DNA of 64,000 nt from the NCBI GenBank assembly GCA_964057225.1, contig OZ059895.1, forward strand, positions 12,710,001 through 12,774,000, in the 5' to 3' direction. This stretch comes from Auanema rhodensis (lineage: Eukaryota > Animalia > Nematoda). A program made the position numbers and the translations under genes. The notes beneath the pieces were generated by a model, which was not told where the DNA came from, did not search any database, and saw only the letters and a list, made by a program, of their open reading frames with translations. Shown one piece after another: positions 46,101-59,600 of the stretch (position 1 is its first letter; each line of letters starts with the position of its first letter).

Positions 46101-49100
46101 TTTACTTAGATAGCTCAACCCAAGGCATCAAAATATCTTCAATCTTATTTCTATATTACAGTTATAAACCAGTAGTTTATGAACCTTCATCTTAACTTTA
46201 CTGTTTCTATCTATTTCCTATTGAAACAAACATTGTTTTAACACTATACAACTGTGAAACCTTTTTTAATTTATTGTATTTGGAGCTCATAAGATTTGAT
46301 ATCATCGAGGAATTTAGATGTAACGTAGAAAATTACATAACTAACATGAAATTGGAAAAAAAACAATAACGAGGATAAGTATGTAAATCATTGAATATCA
46401 GGTATTTTCGCTTACGACCATACCACGTTGAAAGTACGCCATCCCGTCCGATCTGGCAAGTCAAGCAACGTTGGGCCCGGTTAGTACTTGGATCGGAGAC
46501 GGCTTGGGAATCCCGGGTGCCGTAAGCTTTTCAAATTTTTTTAACGATCATACCACGTTGAAAGTACGCCATGCAGCTGATTTTCAATTTTATCTCTTCA
46601 GTAACAAATGTTTTTAATTTTCCAGCAATTTTACTTAGATAGCTCAACCCAAGGCATCAAAATATCTTCAATCTTATTTCTATATTACAGTTATAAACCA
46701 GTAGTTTATGAACCTTCATCTTAACTTTACTGTTTCTATCTATTTCCTATTGAAACAAACATTGTTTTAACACTATACAACTGTGAAACCTTTTTTAATT
46801 TATTGTATTTGGAGCTCATAAGATTTGATATCATCGAGGAATTTAGATGTAACGTAGAAAATTACATAACTAACATGAAATTGGAAAAAAAACAATAACG
46901 AGGATAAGTATGTAAATCATTGAATATCAGGTATTTTCGCTTACGACCATACCACGTTGAAAGTACGCCATCCCGTCCGATCTGGCAAGTCAAGCAACGT
47001 TGGGCCCGGTTAGTACTTGGATCGGAGACGGCTTGGGAATCCCGGGTGCCGTAAGCTTTTCAAATTTTTTTAACGATCATACCACGTTGAAAGTACGCCA
47101 TGCAGCTGATTTTCAATTTTATCTCTTCAGTAACAAATGTTTTTAATTTTCCAGCAATTTTACTTAGATAGCTCAACCCAAGGCATCAAAATATCTTCAA
47201 TCTTATTTCTATATTACAGTTATAAACCAGTAGTTTATGAACCTTCATCTTAACTTTACTGTTTCTATCTATTTCCTATTGAAACAAACATTGTTTTAAC
47301 ACTATACAACTGTGAAACCTTTTTTAATTTATTGTATTTGGAGCTCATAAGATTTGATATCATCGAGGAATTTAGATGTAACGTAGAAAATTACATAACT
47401 AACATGAAATTGGAAAAAAAACAATAACGAGGATAAGTATGTAAATCATTGAATATCAGGTATTTTCGCTTACGACCATACCACGTTGAAAGTACGCCAT
47501 CCCGTCCGATCTGGCAAGTCAAGCAACGTTGGGCCCGGTTAGTACTTGGATCGGAGACGGCTTGGGAATCCCGGGTGCCGTAAGCTTTTCAAAGTTTTTT
47601 AACGATCATACCACGTTGAAAGTACGCCATGCAGCTGATTTTCAATTTTATCTCTTCAGTAACAAATGTTTTTAATTTTCCAGCAGTTTTACTTAGATAG
47701 CTCAACCCAAGGCATCAAAATATCTTCAATCTTATTTCTATATTACAGTTATAAACCAGTAGTTTATGAACCTTCATCTTAACTTCACTGTTTCTATCTA
47801 TTTCCTATTGAAACAAACATTGTTTTAACACTATACAACTGTGAAACCTTTTTTAATTTATTGTATTTGGAGCTCATAAGATTTGATATCATCGAGGAAT
47901 TTAGATGTAACGTAGAAAATTACATAACTAACATGAAATTGGAAAAAAAACAATAACGAGGATAAGTATGTAAATCATTGAATATCAGGTATTTTCGCTT
48001 ACGACCATACCACGTTGAAAGTACGCCATCCCGTCCGATCTGGCAAGTCAAGCAACGTTGGGCCCGGTTAGTACTTGGATCGGAGACGGCTTGGGAATCC
48101 CGGGTGCCGTAAGCTTTTCAAATTTTTTTAACGATCATACCACGTTGAAAGTACGCCATGCAGCTGATTTTCAATTTTATCTCTTCAGTAACAAATGTTT
48201 TTAATTTTCCAGCAATTTTACTTAGATAGCTCAACCCAAGGCATCAAAATATCTTCAATCTTATTTCTATATTACAGTTATAAACCAGTAGTTTATGAAC
48301 CTTCATCTTAACTTTACTGTTTCTATCTATTTCCTATTGAAACAAACATTGTTTTAACACTATACAACTGTGAAACCTTTTTTAATTTATTGTATTTGGA
48401 GCTCATAAGATTTGATATCATCGAGGAATTTAGATGTAACGTAGAAAATTACATAACTAACATGAAATTGGAAAAAAAACAATAACGAGGATAAGTATGT
48501 AAATCATTGAATATCAGGTATTTTCGCTTACGACCATACCACGTTGAAAGTACGCCATCCCGTCCGATCTGGCAAGTCAAGCAACGTTGGGCCCGGTTAG
48601 TACTTGGATCGGAGACGGCTTGGGAATCCCGGGTGCCGTAAGCTTTTCAAATTTTTTTAACGATCATACCACGTTGAAAGTACGCCATGCAGCTGATTTT
48701 CAATTTTATCTCTTCAGTAACAAATGTTTTTAATTTTCCAGCAGTTTTACTTAGATAGCTCAACCCAAGGCATCAAAATATCTTCAATCTTATTTCTATA
48801 TTACAGTTATAAACCAGTAGTTTATGAACCTTCATCTTAACTTTACTGTTTCTATCTATTTCCTATTGAAACAAACATTGTTTTAACACTATACAACTGT
48901 GAAACCTTTTTTAATTTATTGTATTTGGAGCTCATAAGATTTGATATCATCGAGGAATTTAGATGTAACGTAGAAAATTACATAACTAACATGAAATTGG
49001 AAAAAAAACAATAACGAGGATAAGTATGTAAATCATTGAATATCAGGTATTTTCGCTTACGACCATACCACGTTGAAAGTACGCCATCCCGTCCGATCTG

Positions 49101-52100
49101 GCAAGTCAAGCAACGTTGGGCCCGGTTAGTACTTGGATCGGAGACGGCTTGGGAATCCCGGGTGCCGTAAGCTTTTCAAATTTTTTTAACGATCATACCA
49201 CGTTGAAAGTACGCCATGCAGCTGATTTTCAATTTTATCTCTTCAGTAACAAATGTTTTTAATTTTCCAGCAGTTTTACTTAGATAGCTCAACCCAAGGC
49301 ATCAAAATATCTTCAATCTTATTTCTATATTACAGTTATAAACCAGTAGTTTATGAACCTTCATCTTAACTTTACTGTTTCTATCTATTTCCTATTGAAA
49401 CAAACATTGTTTTAACACTATACAACTGTGAAACCTTTTTTAATTTATTGTATTTGGAGCTCATAAGATTTGATATCATCGAGGAATTTAGATGTAACGT
49501 AGAAAATTACATAACTAACATGAAATTGGAAAAAAAACAATAACGAGGATAAGTATGTAAATCATTGAATATCAGGTATTTTCGCTTACGACCATACCAC
49601 GTTGAAAGTACGCCATCCCGTCCGATCTGGCAAGTCAAGCAACGTTGGGCCCGGTTAGTACTTGGATCGGAGACGGCTTGGGAATCCCGGGTGCCGTAAG
49701 CTTTTCAAATTTTTTTAACGATCATACCACGTTGAAAGTACGCCATGCAGCTGATTTTCAATTTTATCTCTTCAGTAACAAATGTTTTTAATTTTCCAGC
49801 AGTTTTACTTAGATAGCTCAACCCAAGGCATCAAAATATCTTCAATCTTATTTCTATATTACAGTTATAAACCAGTAGTTTATGAACCTTCATCTTAACT
49901 TTACTGTTTCTATCTATTTCCTATTGAAACAAACATTGTTTTAACACTATACAACTGTGAAACCTTTTTTAATTTATTGTATTTGGAGCTCATAAGATTT
50001 GATATCATCGAGGAATTTAGATGTAACGTAGAAAATTACATAACTAACATGAAATTGGAAAAAAAACAATAACGAGGATAAGTATGTAAATCATTGAATA
50101 TCAGGTATTTTCGCTTACGACCATACCACGTTGAAAGTACGCCATCCCGTCCGATCTGGCAAGTCAAGCAACGTTGGGCCCGGTTAGTACTTGGATCGGA
50201 GACGGCTTGGGAATCCCGGGTGCCGTAAGCTTTTCAAATTTTTTTAACGATCATACCACGTTGAAAGTACGCCATGCAGCTGATTTTCAATTTTATCTCT
50301 TCAGTAACAAATGTTTTTAATTTTCCAGCAGTTTTACTTAGATAGCTCAACCCAAGGCATCAAAATATCTTCAATCTTATTTCTATATTACAGTTATAAA
50401 CCAGTAGTTTATGAACCTTCATCTTAACTTTACTGTTTCTATCTATTTCCTATTGAAACAAACATTGTTTTAACACTATACAACTGTGAAACCTTTTTTA
50501 ATTTATTGTATTTGGAGCTCATAAGATTTGATATCATCGAGGAATTTAGATGTAACGTAGAAAATTACATAACTAACATGAAATTGGAAAAAAAACAATA
50601 ACGAGGATAAGTATGTAAATCATTGAATATCAGGTATTTTCGCTTACGACCATACCACGTTGAAAGTACGCCATCCCGTCCGATCTGGCAAGTCAAGCAA
50701 CGTTGGGCCCGGTTAGTACTTGGATCGGAGACGGCTTGGGAATCCCGGGTGCCGTAAGCTTTTCAAATTTTTTTAACGATCATACCACGTTGAAAGTACG
50801 CCATGCAGCTGATTTTCAATTTTATCTCTTCAGTAACAAATGTTTTTAATTTTCCAGCAATTTTACTTAGATAGCTCAACCCAAGGCATCAAAATATCTT
50901 CAATCTTATTTCTATATTACAGTTATAAACCAGTAGTTTATGAACCTTCATCTTAACTTTACTGTTTCTATCTATTTCCTATTGAAACAAACATTGTTTT
51001 AACACTATACAACTGTGAAACCTTTTTTAATTTATTGTATTTGGAGCTCATAAGATTTGATATCATCGAGGAATTTAGATGTAACGTAGAAAATTACATA
51101 ACTAACATGAAATTGGAAAAAAAACAATAACGAGGATAAGTATGTAAATCATTGAATATCAGGTATTTTCGCTTACGACCATACCACGTTGAAAGTACGC
51201 CATCCCGTCCGATCTGGCAAGTCAAGCAACGTTGGGCCCGGTTAGTACTTGGATCGGAGACGGCTTGGGAATCCCGGGTGCCGTAAGCTTTTCAAATTTT
51301 TTTAACGATCATACCACGTTGAAAGTACGCCATGCAGCTGATTTTCAATTTTATCTCTTCAGTAACAAATGTTTTTAATTTTCCAGCAGTTTTACTTAGA
51401 TAGCTCAACCCAAGGCATCAAAATATCTTCAATCTTATTTCTATATTACAGTTATAAACCAGTAGTTTATGAACCTTCATCTTAACTTTACTGTTTCTAT
51501 CTATTTCCTATTGAAACAAACATTGTTTTAACACTATACAACTGTGAAACCTTTTTTAATTTATTGTATTTGGAGCTCATAAGATTTGATATCATCGAGG
51601 AATTTAGATGTAACGTAGAAAATTACATAACTAACATGAAATTGGAAAAAAAACAATAACGAGGATAAGTATGTAAATCATTGAATATCAGGTATTTTCG
51701 CTTACGACCATACCACGTTGAAAGTACGCCATCCCGTCCGATCTGGCAAGTCAAGCAACGTTGGGCCCGGTTAGTACTTGGATCGGAGACGGCTTGGGAA
51801 TCCCGGGTGCCGTAAGCTTTTCAAATTTTTTTAACGATCATACCACGTTGAAAGTACGCCATGCAGCTGATTTTCAATTTTATCTCTTCAGTAACAAATG
51901 TTTTTAATTTTCCAGCAGTTTTACTTAGATAGCTCAACCCAAGGCATCAAAATATCTTCAATCTTATTTCTATATTACAGTTATAAACCAGTAGTTTATG
52001 AACCTTCATCTTAACTTTACTGTTTCTATCTATTTCCTATTGAAACAAACATTGTTTTAACACTATACAACTGTGAAACCTTTTTTAATTTATTGTATTT

Positions 52101-55100
52101 GGAGCTCATAAGATTTGATATCATCGAGGAATTTAGATGTAACGTAGAAAATTACATAACTAACATGAAATTGGAAAAAAAACAATAACGAGGATAAGTA
52201 TGTAAATCATTGAATATCAGGTATTTTCGCTTACGACCATACCACGTTGAAAGTACGCCATCCCGTCCGATCTGGCAAGTCAAGCAACGTTGGGCCCGGT
52301 TAGTACTTGGATCGGAGACGGCTTGGGAATCCCGGGTGCCGTAAGCTTTTCAAATTTTTTTAACGATCATACCACGTTGAAAGTACGCCATGCAGCTGAT
52401 TTTCAATTTTATCTCTTCAGTAACAAATGTTTTTAATTTTCCAGCAGTTTTACTTAGATAGCTCAACCCAAGGCATCAAAATATCTTCAATCTTATTTCT
52501 ATATTACAGTTATAAACCAGTAGTTTATGAACCTTCATCTTAACTTTACTGTTTCTATCTATTTCCTATTGAAACAAACATTGTTTTAACACTATACAAC
52601 TGTGAAACCTTTTTTAATTTATTGTATTTGGAGCTCATAAGATTTGATATCATCGAGGAATTTAGATGTAACGTAGAAAATTACATAACTAACATGAAAT
52701 TGGAAAAAAAACAATAACGAGGATAAGTATGTAAATCATTGAATATCAGATTTTTTCGCTTACGACCATACCACGTTGAAAGTACGCCATCCCGTCCGAT
52801 CTGGCAAGTCAAGCAACGTTGGGCCCGGTTAGTACTTGGATCGGAGACGGCTTGGGAATCCCGGGTGCCGTAAGCTTTTCAAATTTTTTTAACGATCATA
52901 CCACGTTGAAAGTACGCCATGCAGCTGATTTTCAATTTTATCTCTTCAGTAACAAATGTTTTTAATTTTCCAGCAGTTTTACTTAGATAGCTCAACCCAA
53001 GGCATCAAAATATCTTCAATCTTATTTCTATATTACAGTTATAAACCAGTAGTTTATGAACCTTCATCTTAACTTTACTGTTTCTATCTATTTCCTATTG
53101 AAACAAACATTGTTTTAACACTATACAACTGTGAAACCTTTTTTAATTTATTGTATTTGGAGCTCATAAGATTTGATATCATCGAGGAATTTAGATGTAA
53201 CGTAGAAAATTACATAACTAACATGAAATTGGAAAAAAAACAATAACGAGGATAAGTATGTAAATCATTGAATATCAGGTATTTTCGCTTACGACCATAC
53301 CACGTTGAAAGTACGCCATCCCGTCCGATCTGGCAAGTCAAGCAACGTTGGGCCCGGTTAGTACTTGGATCGGAGACGGCTTGGGAATCCCGGGTGCCGT
53401 AAGCTTTTCAAATTTTTTTAACGATCATACCACGTTGAAAGTACGCCATGCAGCTGATTTTCAATTTTATCTCTTCAGTAACAAATGTTTTTAATTTTCC
53501 AGCAGTTTTACTTAGATAGCTCAACCCAAGGCATCAAAATATCTTCAATCTTATTTCTATATTACAGTTATAAACCAGTAGTTTATGAACCTTCATCTTA
53601 ACTTTACTGTTTCTATCTATTTCCTATTGAAACAAACATTGTTTTAACACTATACAACTGTGAAACCTTTTTTAATTTATTGTATTTGGAGCTCATAAGA
53701 TTTGATATCATCGAGGAATTTAGATGTAACGTAGAAAATTACATAACTAACATGAAATTGAAAAAAAACAATAACGAGGATAAGTATGTAAATCATTGAA
53801 TATCAGATTTTTTCGCTTACGACCATACCACGTTGAAAGTACGCCATGCAGCTGATTTTCAATTTTATCTCTTCAGTAACAAATGTTTTTAATTTTCCAG
53901 CAGTTTTACTTAGATAGCTCAACCCAAGGCATCAAAATATCTTCAATCTTATTTCTATATTACAGTTATAAACCAGTAGTTTATGAACCTTCATCTTAAC
54001 TTTACTGTTTCTATCTATTTCCTATTGAAACAAACATTGTTTTAACACTATACAACTGTGAAACCTTTTTTAATTTATTGTATTTGGAGCTCATAAGATT
54101 TGATATCATCGAGGAATTTAGATGTAACGTAGAAAATTACATAACTAACATGAAATTGGAAAAAAAACAATAACGAGGATAAGTATGTAAATCATTGAAT
54201 ATCAGGTATTTTCGCTTACGACCATACCACGTTGAAAGTACGCCATCCCGTCCGATCTGGCAAGTCAAGCAACGTTGGGCCCGGTTAGTACTTGGATCGG
54301 AGACGGCTTGGGAATCCCGGGTGCCGTAAGCTTTTCAAATTTTTTTAACGATCATACCACGTTGAAAGTACGCCATGCAGCTGATTTTCAATTTTATCTC
54401 TTCAGTAACAAATGTTTTTAATTTTCCAGCAGTTTTACTTAGATAGCTCAACCCAAGGCATCAAAATATCTTCAATCTTATTTCTATATTACAGTTATAA
54501 ACCAGTAGTTTATGAACCTTCATCTTAACTTTACTGTTTCTATCTATTTCCTATTGAAACAAACATTGTTTTAACACTATACAACTGTGAAACCTTTTTT
54601 AATTTATTGTATTTGGAGCTCATAAGATTTGATATCATCGAGGAATTTAGATGTAACGTAGAAAATTACATAACTAACATGAAATTGGAAAAAAAACAAT
54701 AACGAGGATAAGTATGTAAATCATTGAATATCAGGTATTTTCGCTTACGACCATACCACGTTGAAAGTACGCCATCCCGTCCGATCTGGCAAGTCAAGCA
54801 ACGTTGGGCCCGGTTAGTACTTGGATCGGAGACGGCTTGGGAATCCCGGGTGCCGTAAGCTTTTCAAATTTTTTTAACGATCATACCACGTTGAAAGTAC
54901 GCCATGCAGCTGATTTTCAATTTTATCTCTTCAGTAACAAATGTTTTTAATTTTCCAGCAGTTTTACTTAGATAGCTCAACCCAAGGCATCAAAATATCT
55001 TCAATCTTATTTCTATATTACAGTTATAAACCAGTAGTTTATGAACCTTCATCTTAACTTTACTGTTTCTATCTATTTCCTATTGAAACAAACATTGTTT

Positions 55101-55271
55101 TAACACTATACAACTGTGAAACCTTTTTTAATTTATTGTATTTGGAGCTCATAAGATTTGATATCATCGAGGAATTTAGATGTAACGTAGAAAATTACAT
55201 AACTAACATGAAATTGGAAAAAAAACAATAACGAGGATAAGTATGTAAATCATTGAATATCAGGTATTTTC

Positions 55272-55390
55272 GCTTACGACCATACCACGTTGAAAGTACG
55301 CCATCCCGTCCGATCTGGCAAGTCAAGCAACGTTGGGCCCGGTTAGTACTTGGATCGGAGACGGCTTGGGAATCCCGGGTGCCGTAAGCT
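55272..55390 (+). rRNA. 5S rRNA: Last 5S rRNA gene before element B
   Basis: Consensus sequence. Confidence 0.97.
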
Positions 55391-55586
55391 TTTCAAATTT
55401 TTTTAACGATCATACCACGTTGAAAGTACGCCATGCAGCTGATTTTCAATTTTATCTCTTCAGTAACAAATGTTTTTAATTTTCCAGCAGTTTTACTTAG
55501 ATAGCTCAACCCAAGGCATCAAAATATCTTCAATCTTATTTCTATATTACAGTTATAAACCAGTAGTTTATGAACCTTCATCTTAA

Positions 55587-56140
55587 CGTTCCCTTATGCT
55601 CCTGCGTCGATAATATAAACCATTGTAGTTTATACTATGACGCGCATAGTATTCCTTGGTGTAGCGGTGAGGAATAAAGAGCATAAGGTCAATCATAAGA
55701 TAAAAGAGAGAAAGATTTATTAGCATGAAACTACAACAATAATATACAAAGATAAAGATACAATACAATAATATAAATATAAGTATAAAGACTAAACTAC
55801 AAGCCGTCCATGAGCTTGCTAAGAGGCGAACTCCCGACCAAGGGAACGAGGGAAGGCGGAGCCATTCCTCGGTCCTCTGGTCGTCTGGCTCTAACCCTTC
55901 AGCTACATATATGGGGAGTCCGAATGGAACGTGCCCTTTTTCAAAGATTTTTCGCGTCCGCGCGATATAAAGAGTTTTTAGTGTATATGTAGCTGAGTTT
56001 TAGAGTCTAGGAGTTTACAAATAAAATTAAAAGTTTTAAAATCTACATGTAGAAAGATATATAAATAATTTTAATAGGTTTCTTTATGGTATTAAGATAG
56101 AATTTGAATACAATAATAGGTTTTATGTTATTTTGTAACG
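55587..56140 (-). repeat. Putative 3' LTR of element B (right boundary uncertain)
   Basis: Left end CGTTCC is identical to element A's U5 end; AATAAA on - at 55716-55721; TATA-like CATATATGTAG near 55903-55913; candidate U3 start TGTAACG at 56134-56140 resembles element A's TGTAACA. No clear PPT found. Confidence 0.55.
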
Positions 56141-56639
56141 GAGGATTAGAAAATAAATTTAGTCATTGTAGTACTGTAATAAAAAAAAATTTTTTTTTTT
56201 TTTTTTTTTGTTTCATGAATGTGTGATTTATGTGAGATAATAAGGAATTATTAAACATTTCTGGTACATGGTTACTCGTATCCTAATGATGATGGGGATA
56301 ATTTTATTTAATAATTTACTCGTCTCCATATGTCTCTCTGAATGAATCCTTGAGTACTAATGGAGGCTACCACTCAGATGGGGTGTGGCTTAGGCGCCTG
56401 CCAATGTTCGTCTCTTCTTGGAGATACATATGGAGCTCAGTTTAGCGCAAAATATTATCTCTATCGGTCGTATAGGATTACGGTAGCCATTTATTTCTAT
56501 TATATTTTTGCTTATTCCTTATTTTTGGTTGTTTACTCACTTAATCTCTCATCAAAAAGTTTTCTAATTCACCGTTACTTTCATTTTACAATTTACAGAA
56601 AAGAAAAGAATGTATATAAAGTTATTTCTTGTCGTCTTT

Positions 56640-59600
56640 TCATGCTTTCTCTTTTTGATTTTTCATCCGTGGTAACCATAATTCGTCTCCATCTTCGTTC
56701 TCTGATTCCGGTTCGCTATCGGTGTTATCTTGCTCGTTTCTTTTGATCACTCTTAGTATCTCTATATCGCTGTCCTCTTCTTCTTCTTCGTGATTGTTGC
56801 GTGTATTAGAGCGGGTATTGTGAGTGATATTTTGAGTCGCGTTTGAGAAGAGTTTGAGATTATCCTTGTGGATATCTTGTATCTTTCCTGATGAATTCCT
56901 TATCTGCACCTTGGATCCTTGTACGTTAATAACTTCGTAAGGTCCGTCATAGCTTTTCCTCAGTTTCTGACCAATTTTATGTGACTTTATTGTTGTCATC
57001 ACCATGTCGCCGGGTTGAATGTTCCTTTCGTGCGTCCTTTGTGTTCTATCCTTCTTCTTTCTGGCGTTTTCTTGGTTTTGGGCAATACGTTCACGTATTA
57101 TTTGGTCTATTTTCATCATTTGAGGTCTTCTCGTGAGTAATTCTTCCGAAATCTCTTTGATTTTTGTTATGGTTCCCGGTAATTCGGCATCAATTTTCAT
57201 TCTGCATTCTTTTCCAAAAAGTGCTACGTATGGGGCTATGCCTGTTGTAGCATGCTGAATGTTATTGATAGCGAATGTAATTTTTGGCAATACGCTATCC
57301 CAGTCGCTTAGATCTTCCTTCAAGTAGTGTGTTAATCCTTCCTCAAGAGTTCTGTGTAGTCTTTCGACTTGTCCGTTTGAGTTCTTTTGGTGAGGAAGGG
57401 TGGGTTCATGTTGAATTCCCAGTTTTGTACACATTTCTTCAAACTTTTGAGATACAAAATTAGATCCTCTATCGGTGATCAGTCGATGAGGCGGTCCGTA
57501 TATGTATACAAAGTTGCGTAGAAATCTGTCAATTGTTATTTCTGTCGTAATTTGCGGTACTGCTATCGTTGTTGACCATTTAGTAAAAGCATCCTGGATG
57601 GTAATAACGTAAGTACAATTCCTTTTTGACGGGGGAAAAGGTCCCATTACATCCATATGAACTCGTTCAAAAGGCTTGGTCGGTATTTCAAATTGACCTA
57701 TTGGCTGTACTGTCATAGAATGTGGGTCCTTCTTCCTTTGTGCGCATTTAATGCAGTTTTTGATATATATCATGATATCATTTTGCATGTTGGTCCAATA
57801 AAATCTCCGTAGGATGGCTTCTTTAGTTTTATTAATTCCTTGATGCGCTGCGATTGTAGGATCTTCGTGAAATAATTCTATTATCTCGTCCTTGATTGGA
57901 TGATCTTGTGGCACAACGATTGCAGGATGTGGTTTCTTGTCTGTTGGTTTTGTGTAGAGTAATCCATTTATAACGCAATATCTATCGTTAGAGACCATTT
58001 TCTTTTGCGTTCTATATTCGATGTCCGCGATTGTTTTCTTTATCCATAGAGTATTTTGTTGAATTTCTTTTATAGCAGGTGTATCAATAGTATTTATTCT
58101 GATCGATTCTGCGTTTTTCTTTTTCTTCTTTTCCGGCTTTGCATCATTTGCTTCATCACCTATATAACGTGACAATGCATCACATACTTTATTGAGCTGG
58201 CCCTCTCTGTACCTTATCTCAATGTCGTATTCTTGTATTACTAACTGAAATTTAGCAAGACGACCAAATAGGTCTCTGCGAGTTAGTAAACTTGTGAGAG
58301 GACGATGGTCAGTGATACATATAGTATGCGTTCCCAGTATGTATGTGCGAAATTGATTCAGTGCGTATACTAACCCTAAGGCTTCAATTTCGATTGGTGC
58401 GTAATTGCGTTCCGCTTTTACCAGTTTTCTGCTGGCGAATGCGATAGGATGAAGATGCTTCAATGGTTGCGTGGGATCTTCTGGTTGCAATAATACTGCG
58501 CCCACTGCTATGTTGCTGCCGTCACTCTCGATAATGAATAATCGATCAGATTTTGGTGGACTTAATACGGGCGCTTGGGTGAGACTTCTTTTTAATCGAT
58601 CTACAGCTTCCTGATGTTGCTTTTCCCAAGCGAATTCGGTATCCGTCTTTGTCAAATCGTACAATGGGCTTGCGATACTTGCAAAATCTTTAATGAATTT
58701 GCGAAAAAATCCAACCATTCCTAAGAATGCGCGAACGCCTGTTGCGTTCTTTGGTGCCGGATATTCTTGTATCGCAGCCACTTTTTGAGGGTCCGGTTTT
58801 ATTCCTTCTCTTCCAATTATTAATCCGAGAAATTTTACTTCTGGTTGAGCAAAGGCACATTTCTTTAACTTAATTTTCATTCCCAAACTTTCGACCGCAT
58901 GTAATAATTCGTCGATATCTTCAAGGTGTTGCTTTCTTGTATCAGAGATTATCAGCAGATCGTCCAAGTATACAAATAATTTGCAAGAGCATTTACTTTG
59001 CAAATATCTTACTGCTGTTTGAAAAGTATGAGGGGCTCCACAGAGACCCATAGGCATTCTTTTATATTGATACGTGCCTGATGTTGTTGTAAATGCTGTT
59101 AAAGGACGATCAGATTTACGTAGTGATATTTGAAAAAATCCTGATACTAAATCAAAGTTTGAGAAGAATTGAGCTCCAGCTGCCATGTCAACTATATCCG
59201 ATATGCTTGGTATAACGTATGTTTGTTTACGCGTGACACTATTGAGGGCTCGAAAATCTGTCACGAACCTATATGTCTCATCCTTCTTCTTCACTAGCAC
59301 AGCAGGGCTATTGAAGAGGGATGTAGAGGGTTCGATTATGCCTTGCTCTAGCATTTCTTTTACTTGCTTTTCCACTTCTTCCTGTTTACCAAGTGGAATC
59401 CTCGTTATTCTTGACCTTGGCATGTCCATATCCGATCTTAGTGGAATTGTATGCTCAATGGGACCTTTAAATAGACCTATCTTCCTATCTTCATTAAGAA
59501 AGGCCTCACGATGGTTCTTAACTATGTTTGTGAGCTCGTGCTTGTCTTCATTATTCAAATCTGCTTTATCCAGATTAAGGTCATTCATAAAATTTCTTGG

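Larger units (their letters stand above)
11207..55390 (+). rRNA. 5S rRNA: 73 full-length 119-nt 5S rRNA genes
   Basis: GCTTACGACCATACCACGTTGAAAG...GGTGCCGTAAGCT followed by a T-run, closely resembling C. elegans 5S. Starts: 11207, 12532, 13061, 13590, 14119, 14648, 15177, 16104, 17032, 17959-20604 (6), 21531-23118 (4), 24045-25103 (3), 26030-29204 (7), 30131-31189 (3), 32117, 32646, 33574, 34103, 35031-41909 (14), 42837-44953 (5), 45881-53287 (15), 54214, 54743, 55272. Confidence 0.97.
11118..55586 (+). repeat. Tandem 5S rDNA array: 88 units (73 full ~529 bp, 15 deleted ~398-400 bp)
   Basis: Near-identical head-to-tail units; period measured from successive GCTTACGACC starts (13061, 13590, 14119...). 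Confidence 0.98.

Noticed and set aside
11118-55586. CRISPR-like or satellite interpretation of the repeat array
   Set aside because: Units are near-identical over their whole length with no unique spacers, contain a canonical eukaryotic 5S gene, and no cas genes are present.
55583-56746. Small ORFs in element B LTR and 3' UTR (61, 60 and 128 aa)
   Set aside because: Low-complexity, composition-driven, with no recognisable motifs.
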